Assembly (NCBI GenBank): GCA_039804165.1
Contig: JBDRZZ010000010.1
Span: 1,223 to 65,222, forward strand
Direction: 5' to 3'
Source of the DNA: a candidate division WOR-3 bacterium
Lineage (GTDB): Bacteria > Hydrothermota > UBA3072
DNA length: 64,000 nt
The position numbers and the translations under genes were made by a program. The notes beneath the pieces were generated by a model that did no database searches, was not told where the DNA came from, and saw only the letters and a program-made list of their open reading frames with translations. Shown in pieces: positions 57,801-64,000 of the stretch; position 1 is the stretch's first letter; each line of letters opens with the position of its first letter.

Positions 57801-60800
57801 CTTTTTTCCTCCTCACCTTCCTTTAAAAGTTCAACATTCAAAGCTAAGCCTCTTAACTCTTTAACGAGAACATCAAAGGAAGTTGGCATCCCTGGTTCTG
57901 GTGGAGGTTCTCCCTTTACAATAGCTTCATAGGCTTTATTCCTACCCTCCACATCATCTGATTTAATTGTTAGCATTTCCTGCAAAGTGTATGCAGCGCC
58001 ATATCCTTCTAAAGCCCAAACTTCCATTTCTCCAAATCTCTGTCCACCATATTGAGCTTTTCCACCAAGTGGTTGTTGAGTAATTAGGGAATAGGGTCCT
58101 GTAGCCCTAGCATGGTGTTTATCCTCCACCATATGATAGAGTTTCATCAAATAAATATAACCAACAGTCACCTTTTGATCAAAAGGCTCTCCTGTCCTAC
58201 CATCATAAAGGACAACCTTTCCATCATCAGGAAGACCTGCTTCTTTAAGTAATTCTCTTATCTTCTCAATAGGAACTCCTTCAAAAATAGGGCTGGCAAC
58301 CTTTATATTTAACTTTTGGGCAGCCCATCCAAGATGAGTCTCAAGAATCTGCCCTACATTCATCCTTGAAGGAACTCCCAAAGGATTAAGAACAACATCC
58401 ACAGGAGTCCCATCCTCCATAAAAGGCATATCCTCTTCTGGAACAATTGCAGCTATCACTCCTTTATTACCATGTCGTCCTGAAAGCTTATCTCCTATTG
58501 AAAGCCTTCTTCTTTGTCCAATATAGACTTTTACCATTTTATTTACACCTGCTGGAAGTTCATCTCCTCTCTCTGCAATCTTAAGAGCATTTTCTTTCTG
58601 CTTTTCTACTTCTTCAATCAACTTATCAATCTTCTCAACAAATTTCTGAACTTCTGGATAAGAATTAAATTCCATTATCCCATCTACATTTTTAAAATGC
58701 TCTTCCTTAATTACTTCATTCTTCCTAACCAAAAGTTGTCTCTTCCCTTTACCTTTTTTTCTTAGAGGGGTAATATATATAGAATCCTTGGCTTTTTCTC
58801 CAACTAAAGCTCCAATTAAAAACTTTCTTTTTCTACTTTTCAATTCTTCTATTCTTTTCCCAAATTCTTCCATTACTTTTGTCACATTCGCCTTACGAGC
58901 ATTTCTCTCCAAAACCACACTTCCAATAACCACTCCATAAACATCTGAAGGAACCCTTAAAGAAGTGTCTTTAACATCTTCGGCTTTCTTTCCAAAAATA
59001 GCTCTTAAGAGTTTTTCCTCAGGGGTAAGTTCTGTTTCCCCTTTTGGAGAAACTTTCCCTACCAAAATATCTCCCTCTTTAACTTCTGTTCCAATTCTCA
59101 CAATACCTTCTTCATCTAAATTAGCTGTTCCTTCCTCAGAAACATTTGGGATTTCCCTTGTTGTTTCTTCAGGACCAAGCTTTGTATCTCTAACTTCACA
59201 AGTGTATTCTTCAATATGATAGGAAGAAAAAATATCTTCCTTTAATAACCTTTCGGAAACAACAATTGCGTCCTCATAATTCCATCCAAAATAAGGGAGA
59301 AAAGCGACAAGGACATTCTGCCCAAGGGCTAGTTCTCCATAAGAAGTTGCAGCCCCATCTGCAATAACTTCTCCCTTTTTAACTTTATCGCCTTTATTAA
59401 CGATGGGAATCTGATTAACACAAGTATCCTGGTTAGTTCTCTCAAACTTCCTAAGAGTATAAATATCGTAAGGAGGTCCTTCTTTATCGTCCTTTGGTTT
59501 AATCCAAATTTCTTTAGCAGTCACTTTTTCTACAATTCCATCTCTTTTGGCAAGAACAACTGCTCCAGAATCCTTAGCTACCTTAGCCTCTACCCCTGTC
59601 CCAACAAGAGGAGCTTCTGGTTTTATAAGGGGCACTGCTTGACGTTGCATATTTGAACCCATAAGAGCTCTATTTACATCATCATGTTCCAAAAATGGGA
59701 TTAAAGCAGAAGAAACAGAAACAAGCTGTTGAGGTAAAAGATCTACATAATCAACTTCTTCTCTTTTTACAAATGGATAACTATCTCTTTCCCTTGCTAT
59801 AACATACTCGTCTAAGATTCTACCCTTTGAGTCTACCCTCAAATTAGCAGGAGCTATTGTATATTTATCTTCTTCGTTCACATCAAGATATTCAACTTCA
59901 TTGGTCAAAACTCCATTTTTAACTCTTCTATAAGGTGTCTCTATAAAACCATCTTCATTCACCCTTGCAAGAGAAGCAAGTGAAGTGATAAGACCTATAT
60001 TGGGTCCTTCTGGAGTCTCTATTGGACAAATTCGCCCATAATGGGAATAGTGAACATCTCTAACCGCAAAACCCGCCGTATCTCTTGTAAGACCACCAGG
60101 GCCGAGCGCTGACAAACGTCTTTTATTTGTGAGTTCAGCAAGAGGATTAGTTTGATCAAGAAATTGAGAAAGCTGTCCTGTTCCAAAGAAAGAATTAAGA
60201 ACACTCTTAATTTGTCTTGAATGTATAAGCTCCTGAGGAGTTAACTCTCCACTTTCAGAAATTACCATCCTTTCCGCAACAGTTTTAGCCACCCTTCCCA
60301 AAGCGATTCTCATTTGATTTTCAAGTTGTTCTCCTACCGTTCTAATTCTCCTATTACCAAGGTGGTCTATATCATCCTCTTCTCTCTTTCCATCAGCAAG
60401 TTCTATTAATCCCTTAATCACATTTATAAAATCTTCCGTGCAAAGAGAAAGAATATTTTCATCAACATTTTGATTCAACTTTCTATTCAAAACGTGTCTT
60501 CCCACCTTAGATAGATTAAATCTAATAGGGTCAAAAAAAGAAGAAACAAAAAAGTCCTTCGCGACCCTCAAATTTGGAGCATCAGTTCCTCTCAAATAGT
60601 AATAAACTTCAAGAATTGCTTCCCTTCCATTTTTGGTTTTATCTTTCTTAAAAGAATTCAATATATAATCTACCGTCTTCTTCTCAACATCCTTTAAAAC
60701 CTCAACCTCTTCTAAACCAAGCTTCTTAAACTCTTTAATGTGAGGTTCTTCTATCTTAGTTCCAGCTTCTAAAAAGACTTCCCCTGTATCTTTTGAAAAG

Positions 60801-61717
60801 AGATCCTTTGCGAGAACCTTATCAATAATTTTGTTGTTAACAGGAATCTTCTCAACCTCAAAGAAAAGAGGAAGGATCTTCTCTGCACTATTCCATCTAC
60901 CTTCACAAGACTCAAGCTGTCTTTCAATCTCTCTTATTCTTTCTATATATTCTTTTTTATAACCTTTATCTCTAAGTAAATTCAAAAGTTCTCTTCTTTC
61001 TTTCTCAAGTTCTTTCACATCCTCAAGATATCCCAAAGCTTTAACAAGAATTGTAACAGGGAAATTTCTTCTTCCATTTAAATTAGCTTTTATTGCCTCA
61101 GTTAGTTTTATATTAAACTTTAACCATTGACCCCTATCAGGAATTATTTGTGCAGTGCATTTACTCCGAATTTCATCCACTTCCTCTTTTTCAAAATAAA
61201 CACCAGGTGCCCTATGAAATTGAGAAACAATCACCCTTTCCACTCCATTTATTATAAAATCCCCCCTTTCAGTCATTAGCGGAAAATCTACAAGAAAAAC
61301 ATCTTGTTCAATAGACTGCTTAACCTCCCTATGAGGCTCAAACCCTTCTATTTCTTCCTCAAATTCAATCCTTTCAGGCTCTTCATATTCAATCAGCCTA
61401 AATCTGCCATAAAGAGGCGCCGAATAAGTAAGTTCTTTCTCCTTCGCCTGTTCTGGAGTATATTTTGGTTCTCCAAGATAGTAGTATAAATATTCCAATT
61501 TATATCTACCTTGGATATCTTCCACAGGGAAAACTTCCCTGAACACCCCCTCTAGACCCAAAGGTGGTCTATTCTGAGGTGTATGGTTATATCTTTGTAA
61601 AATAAAATTTTCAAAAGATTCTATCTGGACAGCCAAAAAATCAGGAGGAGAGAAATTCAGTTCTTCCAAATCAATAAGACTCCTCCCATTATGGAAAAAT
61701 TTCCTTTTTGGAGTCAA
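57797..61717 (-). CDS. rpoB: DNA-directed RNA polymerase subunit beta
   Basis: Full-length beta subunit with conserved rifampicin-cluster and catalytic regions. Confidence 0.95.
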   Translation of the reverse strand: MTPKRKFFHNGRSLIDLEELNFSPPDFLAVQIESFENFILQRYNHTPQNRPPLGLEGVFREVFPVEDIQGRYKLEYLYYYLGEPKYTPEQAKEKELTYSAPLYGRFRLIEYEEPERIEFEEEIEGFEPHREVKQSIEQDVFLVDFPLMTERGDFIINGVERVIVSQFHRAPGVYFEKEEVDEIRSKCTAQIIPDRGQWLKFNIKLTEAIKANLNGRRNFPVTILVKALGYLEDVKELEKERRELLNLLRDKGYKKEYIERIREIERQLESCEGRWNSAEKILPLFFEVEKIPVNNKIIDKVLAKDLFSKDTGEVFLEAGTKIEEPHIKEFKKLGLEEVEVLKDVEKKTVDYILNSFKKDKTKNGREAILEVYYYLRGTDAPNLRVAKDFFVSSFFDPIRFNLSKVGRHVLNRKLNQNVDENILSLCTEDFINVIKGLIELADGKREEDDIDHLGNRRIRTVGEQLENQMRIALGRVAKTVAERMVISESGELTPQELIHSRQIKSVLNSFFGTGQLSQFLDQTNPLAELTNKRRLSALGPGGLTRDTAGFAVRDVHYSHYGRICPIETPEGPNIGLITSLASLARVNEDGFIETPYRRVKNGVLTNEVEYLDVNEEDKYTIAPANLRVDSKGRILDEYVIARERDSYPFVKREEVDYVDLLPQQLVSVSSALIPFLEHDDVNRALMGSNMQRQAVPLIKPEAPLVGTGVEAKVAKDSGAVVLAKRDGIVEKVTAKEIWIKPKDDKEGPPYDIYTLRKFERTNQDTCVNQIPIVNKGDKVKKGEVIADGAATSYGELALGQNVLVAFLPYFGWNYEDAIVVSERLLKEDIFSSYHIEEYTCEVRDTKLGPEETTREIPNVSEEGTANLDEEGIVRIGTEVKEGDILVGKVSPKGETELTPEEKLLRAIFGKKAEDVKDTSLRVPSDVYGVVIGSVVLERNARKANVTKVMEEFGKRIEELKSRKRKFLIGALVGEKAKDSIYITPLRKKGKGKRQLLVRKNEVIKEEHFKNVDGIMEFNSYPEVQKFVEKIDKLIEEVEKQKENALKIAERGDELPAGVNKMVKVYIGQRRRLSIGDKLSGRHGNKGVIAAIVPEEDMPFMEDGTPVDVVLNPLGVPSRMNVGQILETHLGWAAQKLNIKVASPIFEGVPIEKIRELLKEAGLPDDGKVVLYDGRTGEPFDQKVTVGYIYLMKLYHMVEDKHHARATGPYSLITQQPLGGKAQYGGQRFGEMEVWALEGYGAAYTLQEMLTIKSDDVEGRNKAYEAIVKGEPPPEPGMPTSFDVLVKELRGLALNVELLKEGEEEKR

Positions 61718-61777
61718 CTAGTTACCTCCTTTTTTAAACTTATCTAAAGAGTCTCTATTATTTATTCTCAAAAGCCT

Positions 61778-62182
61778 TTACTTAATCTCTACTTCGCCAC
61801 CGGCTTTTTCAATAGTAGCTTTAATATTTTCCGCTACTTCCTTAGAGACTCCTTCCTTCAAAACTGAGGGAACCGATTCTACAAGTTCTTTTGCCTCTTT
61901 AAGTCCTAACGAAAGCAAAGACCTTACTTCTTTAATAACAGCAAGTTTACTGTTTCCAAAAGATTTCAGAATAACATTGTATTCAGCCTTTTCTTCCTTA
62001 GCCGGAGCTCCAGGCGCTTGTTCAGCAACACTCACAGCTTGAACTACTGGAGCAGCCACAGCAGAAACACCAAATTTTTCTTCCATTGCTTCTACAAGAG
62101 CGTTTAATTCTAAAATTGTCATACCTTCAATTAACTCTATTACCTTCTCAGCATTTTTGGATAATTTAGTCCCTTCTGACAT
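61778..62182 (-). CDS. rplL: 50S ribosomal protein L7/L12
   Basis: Ala/Glu-rich hinge, C-terminal domain …KEAKELVE…. Confidence 0.9.
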   Translation of the reverse strand: MSEGTKLSKNAEKVIELIEGMTILELNALVEAMEEKFGVSAVAAPVVQAVSVAEQAPGAPAKEEKAEYNVILKSFGNSKLAVIKEVRSLLSLGLKEAKELVESVPSVLKEGVSKEVAENIKATIEKAGGEVEIK

Positions 62183-62703
62183 TATTCCTCCTTTTGTTTT
62201 GCTACAAGAGATAAAACAGAAACAACCTTTCTTGGCACTCCCCTCAAAATAAAGACAAATCTATTAATAGGAGCACTCAAAGAAGAAACAATCTTCCTAT
62301 AAAGTTCCTCTTTTGAGGGTATAGAAATAAGCTTACCAAAGACTTCATAATTAAAGAATTCCCCTTCAATTAATCCTCCATTAATCACAAGTTGCTCATT
62401 ATCTTTTTTAAAGTTATAGAGAACCTTAAGAGGCTGAATGGGGTCTCCATAACAGAAAACCAAAGCTGTTGGTCCATTAATAAATTTCTCAATATTGTTT
62501 CCATCACCTTTCTCAGCGAATGCCTTTTTAATCAAAGTATTCTTAAACACCTTTAACTCTGCATTTTCCCTTTTAAGACTTCTTCTAAGCTTGTTAATTT
62601 GATCCGCTTTCATTCCCAAAAAGCTGGTAAAGCACAAAGACTTTGCCCTTTTTAATCTTTCGCTAATCTCTTTTATTAAAATTTCATTTTCCTTTAACCC
62701 CAT
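62182..62703 (-). CDS. rplJ: 50S ribosomal protein L10
   Basis: Position and sequence; start overlaps rplA stop by 10 nt. Confidence 0.9.
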   Translation of the reverse strand: MGLKENEILIKEISERLKRAKSLCFTSFLGMKADQINKLRRSLKRENAELKVFKNTLIKKAFAEKGDGNNIEKFINGPTALVFCYGDPIQPLKVLYNFKKDNEQLVINGGLIEGEFFNYEVFGKLISIPSKEELYRKIVSSLSAPINRFVFILRGVPRKVVSVLSLVAKQKEE

Positions 62704-63416
62704 TTTACTCCCCCAGCGATTATTTCTCTTCTTACATAATTAGGATCTATTTTAATTCCTGGTCCCATAGTTGTAGAAATACTTATAGATTTTAAATACT
62801 GTCCTTTTGCAGAAGGAGGCTTCAAACTCCAAACTTTATTCAGGAGCTCGATTAAGTTTTCATAAAGCTTACTTTCTTCAAAAGAAGCCTTTCCTATAGG
62901 AATATGAATAATTCCTCCCTGGTCTACCTTAAAATCAACTTTTCCTTGTTTAATTTCCTTCACTGCTTTCCCAACTTCCTTAGTCACCGTTCCACTTTTA
63001 GGTGTTGGCATTAAGCCTCTTGGACCAAGAATCTTCCCTAATTTTCCGATCTTAGGCATCATTTCAGGTATAGCAACAATTGCATCACATTCTAACCAAC
63101 CTTTCTCTATTTTCTCTATAAATTCTTGCCCTCCAACCCAATCGGCGCCTGCTTCTTCAGCTTCATAAAGAGCCTCTCCCTCTGCAAAGACAAGAACCTT
63201 TTTTTCTTTTCCAATCCCGTGTGGGAAAAGGATTGAGCCACGAACCATTTGATCTGATTTCCTTGGATCCACACCAAGCCTTATAGCCACCTCTACAGTT
63301 TCATCAAATTTTGCGGAAGCCATCTTCTTAATAAGACTTATAGCTTCTTTAGGATCGTATCTTTTCCCTTTATCATAAGAAGCTATCAACTTTTTATATC
63401 TTTTACTTCTTCTCAT
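62694..63416 (-). CDS. rplA: 50S ribosomal protein L1
   Basis: Conserved L1 family sequence. Confidence 0.9.
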   Translation of the reverse strand: MRRSKRYKKLIASYDKGKRYDPKEAISLIKKMASAKFDETVEVAIRLGVDPRKSDQMVRGSILFPHGIGKEKKVLVFAEGEALYEAEEAGADWVGGQEFIEKIEKGWLECDAIVAIPEMMPKIGKLGKILGPRGLMPTPKSGTVTKEVGKAVKEIKQGKVDFKVDQGGIIHIPIGKASFEESKLYENLIELLNKVWSLKPPSAKGQYLKSISISTTMGPGIKIDPNYVRREIIAGGVKWG

Positions 63417-63850
63417 TATTCACCTTCCTCGATCAACATTCCCATCGAACGGGCTGTTCCCTCTATAATCTTCACCACTTTATCAATATCATCGGTATTA
63501 AAACTGTCTAACTTTGCTTTTGCAATTTCCCTAAGTTGTTTTCTCGTAACAGTTGCAACTTTTTCCCTATTAGGTTCTTTAGAACCCTTAAGAATGCCAG
63601 CAGCCTTTTTCAACAAAAAAGAAGTTGGTGGGCTTTTCATTATAAAATCAAAAGAGTTGTCTTTATAAACAGTTATAACAACAGGAATCAAATCATCTCC
63701 TCTTCCTTTGCTTCTCTCATTAAATTGCTTACAAAACTCCATAATATTGATCCCGTATTGACCAAGGGCAGGCCCAACTGGCGGAGCAGGTGTAGCCTGG
63801 CCAGCCTGAATTAATAACCTCACCTGTGCTTTTACTTTATCTACTGCCAT
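63416..63850 (-). CDS. rplK: 50S ribosomal protein L11
   Basis: Conserved L11 N-terminal GPALGQ…. Confidence 0.9.
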   Translation of the reverse strand: MAVDKVKAQVRLLIQAGQATPAPPVGPALGQYGINIMEFCKQFNERSKGRGDDLIPVVITVYKDNSFDFIMKSPPTSFLLKKAAGILKGSKEPNREKVATVTRKQLREIAKAKLDSFNTDDIDKVVKIIEGTARSMGMLIEEGE

Positions 63851-63865
63851 TTTCCCTCTCCTATA

Positions 63866-64000
63866 TTATATTGGTTCAACCTGATTATAACTTAACTCAA
63901 CGGGTGTAGCTCTACCAAAAACCGTAACCATCACAACCAACCTCTCTTTTTCTCTATTTAACTCTTTTATTGTGCCATTAAAATCCGTAAAAGGCCCATC
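63866..64000 (-). CDS. nusG: Transcription antitermination protein NusG, 3' end only (C-terminal KOW domain), truncated by window edge
   Basis: …[44 protein letters not shown] in frame to position 64000. Confidence 0.75.
   Translation of the reverse strand, partial: DGPFTDFNGTIKELNREKERLVVMVTVFGRATPVELSYNQVEPI

Noticed and set aside
1-64000. CRISPR arrays, rRNA genes, integrase/att-flanked islands, toxin-antitoxin pairs
   Set aside because: No short direct-repeat/spacer periodicity, no rRNA-like conserved stretches, and no integrase or small two-gene TA modules were seen on reading both strands. The only mobile signature is the IS remnant at 28.0-28.9 kb.

Overview
This is an AT-rich (about one-third G+C by eye), very gene-dense bacterial chromosomal segment. 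Two secreted proteins carry type-IX-secretion (Por) C-terminal sorting domains, which suggests a member of the Bacteroidota/FCB superphylum; the K/E/I-rich proteins suggest a streamlined, possibly thermophilic lineage.

The conserved core is a 13 kb minus-strand translation/transcription block with almost no intergenic spacing: nusG(3' end)-rplK-rplA-rplJ-rplL-rpoB-rpoC-rpsL-rpsG-fusA. Other housekeeping genes are trpS, tkt, plsY, mgtE, mnmG, rdgB, manC-like, an isoaspartyl peptidase and a four-tRNA cluster (Pro-Arg-His-Lys).

Accessory content:
- a TonB-dependent receptor + ZnuA/ZnuC/ZnuB + methyltransferase operon;
- a cytoplasmic multi-PAS HisKA_3 sensor kinase with a NarL/FixJ-type response regulator;
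- two T9SS cargo genes (a BNR/Asp-box protein and a CE15 glucuronoyl-esterase-like protein);
- a PhoU/Na-Pi cotransporter pair;
- a pilus-biogenesis-like operon (TPR - ExeA/MshM-like ATPase - TPR - mnmG - prepilin peptidase);
- a decayed IS-like element with imperfect terminal inverted repeats and a frameshifted transposase HTH remnant.

Directly downstream of the IS remnant is a tightly coupled five-gene operon at about 29.0-39.8 kb. It encodes a 1273-aa secreted protein, a 999-aa FecR-domain/FN3-repeat protein, a secreted putative Cys-nucleophile hydrolase, a predicted outer-membrane beta-barrel and a stand-alone tandem-receiver protein. Three of its five products match no family I recognise, and I consider it the best candidate for an undescribed cell-surface assembly/signalling system.

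Other points of note:
- a T8 homopolymer frameshift separating a signal peptide from its ORF;
- an aminotransferase lacking the canonical Schiff-base lysine;
- a recent tandem PAS duplication inside the kinase gene;
- a 22-bp perfect palindrome upstream of an alcohol dehydrogenase;
- loss of the classical ribosomal-protein leader regions.
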